DNA of 64,000 nt from an uncultured Gemmatimonadales bacterium (lineage in GTDB: Bacteria > Gemmatimonadota > Gemmatimonadetes > Gemmatimonadales > GWC2-71-9): NCBI GenBank assembly GCA_963748815.1, contig CAVVKJ010000005.1, positions 256,001 to 320,000 on the forward strand. The letters are read 5' to 3'. Below the pieces are notes generated by a model, which saw nothing but the letters and a program-made list of their open reading frames with translations, made no database searches and was not told the DNA's origin. Position numbers and translations under genes: made by a program. This document shows positions 33,874-44,234 of the stretch, in pieces. Every line of letters begins with the position of its first letter. Position 1 is the first letter of the stretch.

Positions 33874-34211
33874 GTCGATCCTCCGATTGAGGACGCCGTT
33901 TCGGCGCGAATCCAGGCAAGGTAGTCGGCGCTGCCGGCGGCGATGGCGGTGGCGATGATCTCGGGGTTGTCGTAGCTGTGCGCCGTGCGAACGTGCTGGT
34001 CCAGTTCGGGGTAACGCGCCCGCGTGGTCTTCAGGATGCAGAGCCACTCCTCCGCGGTCCGCACCCGGCCGTCCCATCGAAAGGTGGATTGCATCGGGCC
34101 CACCACCTGTCCGCAGGCGGCGAGTCGCCGCTCCACCGCACTCCTCGTGATCCGGTCCGCCTCCTCACGGGAGGAGGCGGCCACCGTCACCTGGAGGCAG
34201 TCGTCGATCAC
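33870..34211 (-). CDS. cutA: Divalent-cation tolerance protein CutA
   Basis: 'RLAAC', 'STFRWDG', 'LKTT' and 'HSYDNPEI'. Confidence 0.9.
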   Translation of the reverse strand: MIDDCLQVTVAASSREEADRITRSAVERRLAACGQVVGPMQSTFRWDGRVRTAEEWLCILKTTRARYPELDQHVRTAHSYDNPEIIATAIAAGSADYLAWIRAETASSIGGST

Positions 34212-34600
34212 GAGGCCGGCGCGGCCGCCGGGATGCCGGGAGTCTCGTGGCCGCGCCGCCCATCGGCGATCGGATCGACCGCGGTGCGCCAGCCGCTCCG
34301 GAACTGCAGGGTCAGACGGTGGCCCAGGCTGTCCACCGTCACGTTGACGATGTCGGGCATGGTCCGGGCGTAGGCGGCACCGGCCGTCGCCTGCGCCCCG
34401 AAGTCTGCCGGCGTGTCGCCCTGATAGGCGAAGCCGAACTCACGCGCCACGGCCACCGCCTGCGCCTGTTCCGTCCCGTAGCGGGCAAACTGGTCGGGCG
34501 GAATCAGCCCCTTCTGGGAGACCACCGGGGAGTAGCTGTCGTAGCTCGGGCAGCCGGCCAGGGCCAGCACGAGCAGCGGGAGGGCGAAAAGGCGTCGCAT
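34208..34600 (-). CDS. Putative lipoprotein
   Basis: Lipobox LAGC. Confidence 0.7.
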   Translation of the reverse strand: MRRLFALPLLVLALAGCPSYDSYSPVVSQKGLIPPDQFARYGTEQAQAVAVAREFGFAYQGDTPADFGAQATAGAAYARTMPDIVNVTVDSLGHRLTLQFRSGWRTAVDPIADGRRGHETPGIPAAAPAS

Positions 34601-34679
34601 CAAGGGCGTCCTGGGGTCTGGGCGGTCCGCGTAAGCGCCCGGGCCGTTCCAGCCGGGGCGAATCCAACTACCTTAAATA

Positions 34680-35442
34680 ATGCCAATTGCGTGTTCTCCC
34701 AAGGGGCGGACGCTCGCCCTGCTCCTTGGGCTGGTGGTCACGGGCGCACCACCCCCCAGCCTCCGCGCCCAGGACGCGCAGCCTCCCCATCAGATCAAGT
34801 GGTACGAGCCGGTGGCCGTCGCCGCCGGCGTCTCCCTCTTCTTCCTGGTGGACAATCCCGTCCGGAGCTACATGCTCGACAACCAGACGGCGAGCAAGGA
34901 CGATGTGGCGAGCGCCTTCAAGAAGCTCGGGCGAGCCGGAGGTCTGGGCCCTGGTGCCGGCGGTGATGGTCGGGACCGGCCTCGCCCTCAAGAAGCCGGG
35001 GCTGGCTCGGTCCGGGCTCCGCGCCGTCACCTCCGCGGCGCTGGCAGGGGGCGTCACCGCCATCCTGAAGGTTACCTTCGGCCGGGAACGGCCGATCGAG
35101 GCGAGCGCGGAACCGCTGGACTTCGAGCCGTTTTCCTTGTCGACCGACGACGCCTCCATGCCCTCCGGACACACGGCCACGGCGTTCGGCCTCATGGCGA
35201 GTCTGGCCGAGGACGTCCATCCGCTCTGGGCCAAGATCGGTCTCTACACCCTGGCGACGGGCACCGCCTGGTCCCGGGTCTACAACAATCAGCACTGGAC
35301 CAGCGACGTCATTGCCGGCGCCATCGTCGGCATCACCTCGGCCAAGCTCGTCAGCGGGAAGTGGCAGGTCTGGGGAATCCGACCGCCGTCGATCTTCACC
35401 GACGGCCACCAGGTGACGGTCAGCTGGCAGGGCACATTCTAG
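34680..35442 (+). CDS. PAP2 family phosphatase, one frameshift near 34930
   Basis: KVTFGRERP, SMPSGH and SRVYNNQHWTSD; the N-terminus is in another frame. Confidence 0.8.
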
Positions 35443-35453
35443 GAGCTTCGCAC

Positions 35454-36434
35454 GTGCGTTCAACCCTCACGAGGCGGGCCGTGATGGCCGCCGCCCTCCT
35501 CATCCTCGGAGTTCCCGTGCGAGCGCCGGCACAGGACGTCCCCCTGCAGGGCGACCTGGTCGTCTTCAACGCCGGCAGCCTCGGCCTCCCGTTCCGGAAT
35601 CTCCTCAAGGCCTTCAAGCAGGCGAATCCGGAGGTCCGAACCTCCCAGGAATCGGCCGGCAGCCTGGAGTCCGCCAGGAAAATCACGGACCTGGGCAAGA
35701 CCCCGGACATCCTGGCGGTGGCCGACTACGCCATCATCCCCAAGCTGCTCATCCCCGGGCACACCGAGTGGTACGCCACGATTGCCACCAACTCGCTGGT
35801 CCTCGCGTTTCGGGACGAATCGCAGGGGGCGTTCGACATCGACACCCAGAATTGGTACCGGGTGCTGCTGCGCTCCGGCATCCGCACCGGGCGATCGGAT
35901 CCGGCGCTCGATCCGGCGGGATACCGGACGCTGATGGTGTGGCAGCTCGCGGAGCGGTTCTACCGGCAGCCGACACTGGCCCGCCTGCTCCAGAACGCCA
36001 GTCCGCCGCGCTACATGCGGCCGAAGGAGGCCGACCTCACGGCGCTCCTCCAGCTGGGGGAACTCGACTACATCTGGACCTACGCCTCGATCGCTCGGAT
36101 CAATGGGTTCCGCTGGGTGGACCTCCCACCGGAGATCAACCTGAGCGACCCCTCGCAGGCCGCGACCTACGCGGAGGCGCGGGTGGCGCTTCCCGGCGCC
36201 GCGAAAGGGGCGAAGGACAGCGTGGAATTCCGCGGCGAGCCCATCGTGTATGCGCTCACCATCCCGCGGAACGCGCCGCATCCCAAGATCGCCGAGGCGT
36301 TCGTGCGCTTTCTTTTTTCGCAGGACGGGCAGCGGATTCTGGCGGAGGCGGGGCTGCAGCCGGCGGTGCCTCCCGCGCTCGGCGGGCCGGGCCAGCCGCC
36401 GTTATCTTTGCGGGGACTTTTTCCCCATGAGTGA
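35454..36434 (+). CDS. Tungstate/molybdate-binding protein (WtpA-like)
   Basis: FNAGSL, GSLESARKITDL, ADY, GRSDPALDPAGYR, RPKE and IVYALTIP. Confidence 0.82.
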   Translation: MRSTLTRRAVMAAALLILGVPVRAPAQDVPLQGDLVVFNAGSLGLPFRNLLKAFKQANPEVRTSQESAGSLESARKITDLGKTPDILAVADYAIIPKLLIPGHTEWYATIATNSLVLAFRDESQGAFDIDTQNWYRVLLRSGIRTGRSDPALDPAGYRTLMVWQLAERFYRQPTLARLLQNASPPRYMRPKEADLTALLQLGELDYIWTYASIARINGFRWVDLPPEINLSDPSQAATYAEARVALPGAAKGAKDSVEFRGEPIVYALTIPRNAPHPKIAEAFVRFLFSQDGQRILAEAGLQPAVPPALGGPGQPPLSLRGLFPHE

Positions 36435-36440
36435 GCCGAT

Positions 36441-38066
36441 ATGAGCGCCTACCGCACCCCTGCCCCCCGCAACGAACCGGTCCTCAATTACGCCCCGGGA
36501 TCCCCCGAGCGGGCGGCGCTGAAGGCGGCGCTGGCCCGGATGTCGGGCGAGACGATCGAGATTCCCGTCGTGATCGGCGGGCAGGAGTTCCGGACCGGGC
36601 GGACCATCGACGTCGTGTCGCCGCACCAGCACAGTCGCGTCCTCGCCAAGGCCCACCTGGCCGATCCGGCGCTCATCACCAAGGCGGTCGACAACGCCAC
36701 GGCCGCGCAGCGGGAATGGGCGGCCCTGCCCTTTGTCGACCGGGCGGCGGTCTTCCTCAAGGCGGCCGACCTGCTGGCGGGTCCCTGGCGCCAGGTCGTC
36801 AACGCCGCCACGATGCTCGGCCAGAGCAAGACGGCGTACCAGGCGGAAATCGACAGCGCCTGTGAACTGATCGACTTCCTGCGCTTCAACGTGCACTTCG
36901 CCGAGCGGCTCTACGAAGAGCAGCCGGTCTCCTCGCCCGGTATCTGGAACCGGATGGATCACCGGCCGCTCGAGGGGTTCGTCTACGCGATCACGCCGTT
37001 CAACTTCACGGCCATCGGCGGCAACCTGCCGACGACGCCCGCCATTCTCGGCAACGTCGCGATCTGGAAGCCGGCGGCGTCGGCGCTCCTCAGCAACTGG
37101 TACGTCTACAAGCTGCTGGAGGCGGCGGGGCTTCCGCCGGGGGTCATCAACTTCGTCCCCGGCAGCGCTGCGCAGGTGTCCGACCTGCTGCTGGCCGACC
37201 GGCGGCTCGCCGGCATTCACTTCACCGGTTCGACCGAGGTCTTCCAGACGCTCTGGCGGACGGTGGGCGCCAACCTCCCGAACTACGCCTCCTACCCGCG
37301 GCTGGTCGGGGAAACGGGCGGCAAGGACTTTGTGGTGGCGCACGCCAGCGCCGACGTCGACGCACTGGCGGTGGCGCTGGTCCGGGGGGCCTTCGAGTAC
37401 CAGGGCCAGAAGTGCAGCGCGGCCTCCCGGGCCTACGTGCCGGACAACCTCTGGCCCGCAGTGCGGGAACGGGTCGTGGCGATGATGGCCGACATCAGGA
37501 TGGGCGACGTCGCCGACTTCCGGAATTTCGTCGGCGCCGTCATCGACCGGAAGGCCTACACCAGCATTTCCGAGTACATCGCGACCGCCAGGAAAGCGAA
37601 GGGCGTCGAGGTCGTGGCGGGCGGCTCGTGTGATGACTCGGTGGGCTACTTCATCGAGCCGACGCTGCTCCGTGCCGACGATCCGAAGTACCGCACGATG
37701 TGCGAGGAGATCTTCGGCCCGGTGCTGACGCTGCACGTCTACCCCGCGGCCCAGTGGGAGGAAACACTCGCGCTGGTGGACAGCACGAGCCCCTACGCCC
37801 TGACCGGGTCGGTCTTTGCCCGGGACCGCCGGGTGCTCGCGCAGGCCTCGGAGGCGCTCCGAAACGCCGCCGGCAACTTTTACCTGAACGACAAGCCGAC
37901 CGGCGCCGTGGTGGGGCAGCAGCCCTTCGGTGGCGCGCGCGCCAGCGGCACCAACGACAAGGCGGGGTCGATCCTGAACCTGATGCGGTGGATCTCGCCG
38001 CGGACGATCAAGGAGACATTTGATCCACCGACGAAGTACCGGTATCCGTTCATGGATGCGGAGTAG
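36441..38066 (+). CDS. pruA: L-glutamate gamma-semialdehyde (P5C) dehydrogenase
   Basis: NEPVLNYAPGS, HFTGST, GETGGKD, YQGQKCSA, EEIFGP and FGGARASGTNDK. Confidence 0.95.
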   Translation: MSAYRTPAPRNEPVLNYAPGSPERAALKAALARMSGETIEIPVVIGGQEFRTGRTIDVVSPHQHSRVLAKAHLADPALITKAVDNATAAQREWAALPFVDRAAVFLKAADLLAGPWRQVVNAATMLGQSKTAYQAEIDSACELIDFLRFNVHFAERLYEEQPVSSPGIWNRMDHRPLEGFVYAITPFNFTAIGGNLPTTPAILGNVAIWKPAASALLSNWYVYKLLEAAGLPPGVINFVPGSAAQVSDLLLADRRLAGIHFTGSTEVFQTLWRTVGANLPNYASYPRLVGETGGKDFVVAHASADVDALAVALVRGAFEYQGQKCSAASRAYVPDNLWPAVRERVVAMMADIRMGDVADFRNFVGAVIDRKAYTSISEYIATARKAKGVEVVAGGSCDDSVGYFIEPTLLRADDPKYRTMCEEIFGPVLTLHVYPAAQWEETLALVDSTSPYALTGSVFARDRRVLAQASEALRNAAGNFYLNDKPTGAVVGQQPFGGARASGTNDKAGSILNLMRWISPRTIKETFDPPTKYRYPFMDAE

Positions 38067-38107
38067 GCGGGGACGCGGGAAAGCGGGGAAGCGGGGAAGG
38101 AGGTCGG

Positions 38108-38911
38108 ATGGCCACGACAATCCTGGGGGTAGGTGCGCACGGCAGTGCGCTCCTGCCCCAGTTCGTTGTTGCACTGCTGGTCGCGGTGCCGTTTCCCGCC
38201 GCCGCGCAGGCCCCCGCGTACACCGCGGCGACCATCGGCTGCGCGCGATTCGCCGAATCGGTGCGCGGCGAACTCGAGTCCATGGTCGGGTCGGTGCGCC
38301 GGACCGAGACGCTCGGCCGGGACGGGGTCCTGGCCATGCGCGCCGCGGAGGACAGCTCGGGACTCACCGTGGAGTCGTGGTACGAGACGCTCGCGGTCTA
38401 CCGGGAGGGGTCGGAGGGCCGGTTCGCTCCCGGCGCGGAAGGGATTCTCGGGGGGCGGTACCTCGGCACCCTCGACCCGCAGGGGGACTACCTGTCGAGC
38501 GTCACCCCTTTCGTGCCGGTCGCGCTCCGCGACATCTTTGACTTTGGCCGGATCCTGCTCCACTTCTTTCCGCCGCTGCCCCCGCGCCCGCTCGCGCCCG
38601 GCGGCGAGTGGACGGACGGGGCGGAGCTGACGATCTGGCGGCTGGCCGACAGCGCGGGGGGTGGCGGACCCGTCGAGCGCTACCGGTGGATTCGCCGCGC
38701 ATCCTGGGAGGAAGGCGTCGGCGTGGGGGACTCCACTCTCGTGGTCCACCGCACCGAGACGGAGCAGGGAAGTGTGCAGTGGCGGGCGGGTGAGGGCCCG
38801 CTCGGCTGGAGCAGCAGCACGATCGCGAAGGTGGAGTTGACCAACGGCGCGGGCCGGAGTGCGCTGACGCAGGATGTGCGGGTGCGGCGGGAAGCGGACA
38901 CCTGCCGGTAG
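38108..38911 (+). CDS. Secreted hypothetical protein
   Basis: Signal-like segment ending AAA-Q; collinear with neighbours. Confidence 0.6.
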   Translation: MATTILGVGAHGSALLPQFVVALLVAVPFPAAAQAPAYTAATIGCARFAESVRGELESMVGSVRRTETLGRDGVLAMRAAEDSSGLTVESWYETLAVYREGSEGRFAPGAEGILGGRYLGTLDPQGDYLSSVTPFVPVALRDIFDFGRILLHFFPPLPPRPLAPGGEWTDGAELTIWRLADSAGGGGPVERYRWIRRASWEEGVGVGDSTLVVHRTETEQGSVQWRAGEGPLGWSSSTIAKVELTNGAGRSALTQDVRVRREADTCR

Positions 38912-39014
38912 CCACGTGCGCGATGCGATGCAGGCGTTTTCCCGACGCGGATTCTCTTGCGTGGAATTCGAGTCCATCCTAATTTGGTGCAACCTGCCTC
39001 CGGAGGCACCGCCG

Positions 39015-40133
39015 ATGTCGGAAAGCTTTCTAAGCTCCGACGAATACGACGAGAACGCCCATTCCCTCTATAACGAAGGCCGGTACGACGAAGCGCTGGA
39101 TCTGCTCCGCGTCGGGGTGACGCTCTATCCGCACGCGGTGGAGCTGCACGTGGGCATGGCCTACGCCTACCTCGCCCGCGAAGAATACGCCTGGTCGCGC
39201 CGAAGTTTCGACCGTGCGCTCTCGCGCGACCCCGACCACGAAGACGCCCTCGCCGGACTCGGCGAAACCCTCCTCAAGATCGGCGACCGCGGCGGCGCCC
39301 TCGCCGCCTTCGAGCGCGTCGTCGCGCTCGGCTTCCGAGACGATCACGAGCTCATGCTGCAGCTCGGGCGCGCCCTCTTTCGCGAGGGACTGCTCGCCCA
39401 GGCCCACCGCTTCTTCGAGTTTGCCGTCTCCGCCCATCCCGATTCGCCGGAAGCCGCCGCCTGCGTCGGCTACGCGTCGCACCGGCTCGGGAACGAGAGC
39501 GGCGCGCTCTACTGGTTGCGGCGCGCCCTCGAAATCGACCCCACGTACGCCGAAGCGCGGGTCTACCTCGCCAACCTCCTCTACGACCGGGGGGAATCGG
39601 AGGCGGCGCTGCACCATCTGGAGCGGACCCAGCCCGAGGAGCATTTCGACGAGCTGGCGCTCTGGCGCTACATCGAGCTGAAGAAGTCGCTCTTCCGGCT
39701 GCCCGACGACGACCCCGAGCTGGTGCCGTGGCTGGCGCGGCTGGGCGAGGTGGCCGCCGAGCCGGACAGCATCGACATGCTGCTCGCGGAGATGGAGGCG
39801 CTCCTTCCCGACGGCACCCTCCGCGATCCGAACCAGCTGGAACTCTTCGGCACGCTTCTCACCGAGCTGCAGGCGATGCAGAAGCGGCCCAACGTCGGGG
39901 AGTCGCACCTGGTGGCGACCCTCTCGGGGCACCTCTTCAACGGCACGTGGGAGGAGATTCTCCTCCAGATGAAGGCCGCCGACCAGGACGGCTCGTCGGC
40001 GTCGCTGGTGGAGTTCATGGCGGGCCTGGCCCGCCGCGGGCAGGCGGAAACCGGCATCGTCATTCCGGTCACCGACGCCGAGGCGTTCATTCGCGGCAGT
40101 TCCGAAGCCGGGGTCCTGCGCATCATCCAATAG
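39015..40133 (+). CDS. Tetratricopeptide repeat protein
   Basis: TPR units 'ALSRDPDHEDALAGLGE' and 'ALEIDPTYAEARVYLA'; GGAGG SD. Confidence 0.85.
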   Translation: MSESFLSSDEYDENAHSLYNEGRYDEALDLLRVGVTLYPHAVELHVGMAYAYLAREEYAWSRRSFDRALSRDPDHEDALAGLGETLLKIGDRGGALAAFERVVALGFRDDHELMLQLGRALFREGLLAQAHRFFEFAVSAHPDSPEAAACVGYASHRLGNESGALYWLRRALEIDPTYAEARVYLANLLYDRGESEAALHHLERTQPEEHFDELALWRYIELKKSLFRLPDDDPELVPWLARLGEVAAEPDSIDMLLAEMEALLPDGTLRDPNQLELFGTLLTELQAMQKRPNVGESHLVATLSGHLFNGTWEEILLQMKAADQDGSSASLVEFMAGLARRGQAETGIVIPVTDAEAFIRGSSEAGVLRIIQ

Positions 40134-40155
40134 CATCCCTCCGTTACCTTTCGGC

Positions 40156-42774
40156 ATGTCCACTACGCCATCCTGGACCGCGGGCGTCGTCCGCGAAGTC
40201 CTGCCGAACGGCCTCACGCTGCTCGCCCAGCGCGATCCTTCCGCCCCTGCCGTGGCGGTCGTCACCCACGTGAAAGCGGGCTTTTTCGACGAACCCGATC
40301 GGTGGGCGGGGATCAGCCACGTCCTCGAGCACATGTTCTTCAAGGGGACGCCGACGCGCGGCGTGGGTGAAGTGGCGCGGCAGACCAAGGCGGCGGGCGG
40401 GTATCTCAACGCGGGCACCGCCTACGACTACACCACCTACTATGTGACGCTTCCCGCCGAGGCACTCGAAACGGCGCTCGACATCCAGGCCGACGCATTG
40501 CAGCACGCCACGCTGGACCGCGACGAACTCGCCCGCGAACTGCAGGTGATCATCCAGGAGGCGAAGCGGAAGCTCGATTCGCCGGGGTCGCTGGCGCACG
40601 AGACGCTGCACGAGGTGCTATTCGACCGGCACCGGATCCGGCGGTGGCGGATCGGGACGGAGGAGGCGCTGGCGGGCTTCACGCGCGAGGATGTGGCGGG
40701 ATACTACGGCTCGCGCTACGTGCCGGACCGCACCATCGTGGCCATCGTGGGCGACGTCGACCCCGCGGAGGCGCTCCGCGCCGCGCGGGCGCGCTACGCC
40801 GCCTGGCCGGCACGCGTCGCCGGCCGCGATCCGTCGCCCGCGGAGCCGGCGCGGCACGATGTCCGCGCCCGCACGCTCCGCGGCCCCATCGCCCTCGCGC
40901 AGCTGGCGCTCGGCTGGCGCACGGTGCCGCCGCTGCATCCGGACGCGCCCGCGCTCGATCTCGCGGCTGCGGTGCTGGGCAGCGGGCGCGGATCGTGGTT
41001 GTACCGTGGCGTCCGCGCGCCGGGGCTCGCCACCGGCGTTTCGGCGTACCACTACTCACCCACCGAGGTCGGGGTGTTCAGCATCGGGGCGGAGCTCGAG
41101 CCGGAGCGGCTTCCGGCCGCTCTCGATGAAATTGCGAAAGCGGTGCTGGCGCTCCGGAGCGGGGGGCCGACCGACGCAGACATCGAGCGCGCTCGCGCCC
41201 TCCTGCTGACCCGATTGGGGCGCCAGCTCGAGACGATGGATGGGCGCGCAAGCGCCCTCGCGTCGGCGGAGGCCCTGCGCGACATCGGTCTGCTCGATGA
41301 GGAGTTTGCCCAGCTCGCCGCCGTGACCGCCGCCGACGTCCAGCGCGTCGCGGAGTTGTACCTGCGGCCGGACAGCGTCGGCGCGGTGGCGTACCTGCCC
41401 GAGGAGCGTGGCGCCGATCTCTCCGCGGCCGCGCTCGGCGCGGCCTTCGGCAAGCCGGTCGGTGCGCGCGCCGTTCCCGCCGCCCAGCCGGTTCCGGTCG
41501 CCCGCAGCGTCAATGGCCGCCCGCAGGGCCGGACCACCGCGGGCGTCCTGCACGTGGCGCTCGAGGGCGCCGATCTCCTCGTGCGCCGGAAGCCGGGCGT
41601 GCCGGCGGTGTCGCTCGGCCTGTACGTCGCGAGGGGCGGTACTGAATTGCCCGCGGAGGCGGGGCTGGGCTCGCTGGCGCTCCGCAGCGCCATTCGGGGC
41701 GCCGGGGCATACGACGCGGAGCAGCTTGCCCTCGCCTTCGAGCGGCTGGGCGGGAGCCTCGGCGCATCGGCCGCCACCGACTGGCTCGGCATGGGGACGA
41801 GCGTGATGTCCGCGCGACTGGCCCCGGCGGCCGCGCTGCTGCGACTGGCGCTGGAGGAACCCCACCTGGCGGCGGCGGAGGTGATCCGCGAGCGCGAGCT
41901 GATGATGGAAGAGGCGCGCCAGGTGGCCGACGACACCTTCCGCTATCCGTTCCAGCTCGCCTTCCGCGGCGCGTTCGGCGAAACCGCCTACGGGTTGCCC
42001 GCCAACGGGCTCGAAGAAACCCTCCGGGACATCGTTCCGGCGCGCGTGGCGGAGTGGCATCGCGCCGCGGTGCGTGGCCAGCGTCTCACCGTGGTCGCGG
42101 TCGGCGATCTTGAACCGGAGCGCGCCGCGGATGAGCTGGCCGCCGTCTTCCGCGACTGGCAGAGCGCCTCGCAGGCTCCGCTCTCACCGCTCCGTTGGGA
42201 GCCGGGCAGTTCGCCGGTCGCGCAGGTGGTGCCCCTCGGCAAGGCGCAATCGGCATTCGCCATGCTGTTCCCCGGGCCGGGCCGTCGGGACTCCCGGCAC
42301 TACGCCGCGGAGGTGTGGGCCGCGGTCGCGAGCGGGCTCGGTGGACGGCTCTTCGACGCGCTGCGGGAGCGGCGCTCGCTGGCGTACACCGTTCTCGCCT
42401 TCGCCTGGCCGCGGCTCCGGGGCGGCGCGCTCGGCACCTACATCGCCATGGCGCCGGAGCGGGAGGTCGAGGCGCGGGAAGCGATGCTGGCGGAGCTGGC
42501 GCGGTTCGCGGACGAGCCGGTCACGCCGGACGAATTGCGCGGCGCCATCGGCTACCTTGCGGGGCAGGCGGCGGTCCAGCGCCAGAGCGCCGGCCACCTG
42601 CTGTCGGAAATCGTGGACGCGTGGATGCTGGGGGCGGGGCTCGACGAGCTGGAGGATCCGGGGGCGCCGTATCATCGCGTGACGGCCGAGGCGGTCTGGG
42701 AGGTGGCGCGGGAGTCCCTGCGGCCGGAGCGCCGCGCCGAGGGGGTCGTGCGGGGCACCGGCGGCGGGCGCTAG
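40156..42774 (+). CDS. M16 (pitrilysin) family zinc peptidase
   Basis: HVLEH (HxxEH), 'LPNGL' and C-terminal 'RLFDALRERRSLAY'. Confidence 0.92.
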   Translation: MSTTPSWTAGVVREVLPNGLTLLAQRDPSAPAVAVVTHVKAGFFDEPDRWAGISHVLEHMFFKGTPTRGVGEVARQTKAAGGYLNAGTAYDYTTYYVTLPAEALETALDIQADALQHATLDRDELARELQVIIQEAKRKLDSPGSLAHETLHEVLFDRHRIRRWRIGTEEALAGFTREDVAGYYGSRYVPDRTIVAIVGDVDPAEALRAARARYAAWPARVAGRDPSPAEPARHDVRARTLRGPIALAQLALGWRTVPPLHPDAPALDLAAAVLGSGRGSWLYRGVRAPGLATGVSAYHYSPTEVGVFSIGAELEPERLPAALDEIAKAVLALRSGGPTDADIERARALLLTRLGRQLETMDGRASALASAEALRDIGLLDEEFAQLAAVTAADVQRVAELYLRPDSVGAVAYLPEERGADLSAAALGAAFGKPVGARAVPAAQPVPVARSVNGRPQGRTTAGVLHVALEGADLLVRRKPGVPAVSLGLYVARGGTELPAEAGLGSLALRSAIRGAGAYDAEQLALAFERLGGSLGASAATDWLGMGTSVMSARLAPAAALLRLALEEPHLAAAEVIRERELMMEEARQVADDTFRYPFQLAFRGAFGETAYGLPANGLEETLRDIVPARVAEWHRAAVRGQRLTVVAVGDLEPERAADELAAVFRDWQSASQAPLSPLRWEPGSSPVAQVVPLGKAQSAFAMLFPGPGRRDSRHYAAEVWAAVASGLGGRLFDALRERRSLAYTVLAFAWPRLRGGALGTYIAMAPEREVEAREAMLAELARFADEPVTPDELRGAIGYLAGQAAVQRQSAGHLLSEIVDAWMLGAGLDELEDPGAPYHRVTAEAVWEVARESLRPERRAEGVVRGTGGGR

Positions 42775-43229
42775 AACATCGACATCGCAAGAATGGAGCG
42801 GAGGTTGTCGTTGGTAGCGCGGAGCCGGATGGAGAGCAGGCGCACCATGGCGCGCAGGACCTTGCCGGCGAGCTCGGGGTCGAGGTCCAGCACGATCTCG
42901 AGGTCGGCCCGGCTGATGGTCAACAGGCGGCAGCCCCCGTTGCTGATGGCGTCGGTCGAGCGCTCGGAGCGGTCGAACACGGCCATTTCGCCGAAGCAGG
43001 CACCCGGCTTCAGGATGGCCAGCGCCTCCTCTCCGCTGCCGGGGATGTCGCGGCTGATGCGGACGTCGCCCTCGAGGATGAGAAAGAGCCGGTTGCCGGG
43101 CTCCCCCTCCTTGAAAATCGTCTGGCCCGGGTGATAGCTCTGTTCCCTGCAGGTCTCGGCGATCTTGGCGAGCTCGTCGTCGTCCAGCGTGGCGAAGAGC
43201 GCGACCTGGCGAAGCAGCGGCTGGTGCAT
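42771..43229 (-). CDS. Stand-alone cyclic-nucleotide-binding domain protein
   Basis: 'IFKEGEPG', 'FGEMA' and 'RSTDA'. Confidence 0.88.
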   Translation of the reverse strand: MHQPLLRQVALFATLDDDELAKIAETCREQSYHPGQTIFKEGEPGNRLFLILEGDVRISRDIPGSGEEALAILKPGACFGEMAVFDRSERSTDAISNGGCRLLTISRADLEIVLDLDPELAGKVLRAMVRLLSIRLRATNDNLRSILAMSMF

Positions 43230-43258
43230 GGGCGTCTCGTGGCTCGAAGGGAGAGGAG

Positions 43259-43807
43259 ATGACCGAAGCTAGGCCCGATGCCAACGGCGAGCAAGCGCGC
43301 CGCAGCCGGTTTACGGTGGCGGATTTCTTCACTGTCCTCCGCCTGCCGCTGGCCGTCGCCTTTCCGCTGGTGAGCGACGGCTGGCGCCTCGTCGTGCTGG
43401 CGGTGGCGGCGGGATCCGACCTGCTCGACGGCTTCCTCGCGCGGCGCATCGGCAGCTCACGCTTTGGCCCTGTCATCGACCCGGTGGCCGACAAGCTCTT
43501 CATGGCCGTGGCGTTCGGCACCGTGCTCTTTTCCGGGCAACTCGCCTGGTGGGAATTGCTGGGTGTCCTGGCGCGTGACATCGCCGCGAGCGCCGCGTTC
43601 TTCATCACCGGCGTCCGGGGGCGGGCCAGCGCCATCCCGGCCCGCGCCGGCGGCAAGGCGGTCACGGTGCTGCAAGTGGCCACGCTCTTTGCCTTCGTCC
43701 TCGGCTCGCCGCTCCTTCGCCCACTCGCGTGGGCCACGGCTGCCGTCGCCTTGTACGCCATCTGGGATTACACCCGGGCGGCGGCGACCTCCTCACGACC
43801 ACTCTAG
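43259..43807 (+). CDS. CDP-alcohol phosphatidyltransferase
   Basis: DLLDGFLARR..S.FG..IDPVADK. Confidence 0.88.
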   Translation: MTEARPDANGEQARRSRFTVADFFTVLRLPLAVAFPLVSDGWRLVVLAVAAGSDLLDGFLARRIGSSRFGPVIDPVADKLFMAVAFGTVLFSGQLAWWELLGVLARDIAASAAFFITGVRGRASAIPARAGGKAVTVLQVATLFAFVLGSPLLRPLAWATAAVALYAIWDYTRAAATSSRPL

Positions 43808-43817
43808 GAACCGTCCC

Positions 43818-44234
43818 ATGACTGCCGCACCAGAAACCAAGCAGGTCACCCTTCGCTGGCTCGACGAGCTCCGCTTCGAGGGAGGGGAGCCCGGCGGCCC
43901 GCAAGTCCTCATCGACGCCGACAATGTCCAGTCCCCCGGACCGATGCTGCAGCTGCTCCTAGCCGCCGGCGCCTGCAGCGGGGCGGACGTCGTCTCGATC
44001 CTGAAGAAGATGCAGGTCCAGCTCGCGTCGGTGGAGATCGCCATGTCAGGCGTCCGGCGCACCGAGCACCCGAGGCGGTACACCGCCATTCATTACGCCT
44101 GGACCATCCGCGGCGCGGGCGTCGACGAGACCAAGGCGCGGCGCGCCATCGACCTCTCGATGGAGAAGTACTGTTCCGTTCTCCACTCGCTGGCCCCCGA
44201 CATCGCGACGAGCTATGCCCTTACCCTGGTCTAG
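43818..44234 (+). CDS. OsmC/YhfA family protein
   Basis: 'PMLQLLLAAGACSGADV' and 'KYCSV'. Confidence 0.85.
   Translation: MTAAPETKQVTLRWLDELRFEGGEPGGPQVLIDADNVQSPGPMLQLLLAAGACSGADVVSILKKMQVQLASVEIAMSGVRRTEHPRRYTAIHYAWTIRGAGVDETKARRAIDLSMEKYCSVLHSLAPDIATSYALTLV

Noticed and set aside
34680..36434. Apparent 584-aa PAP2-leader / WtpA fusion
   Set aside because: A frameshift near 34930 carries the PAP2 N-terminus into a shadow frame. PAP2 stops at 35442 and WtpA has its own signal peptide.
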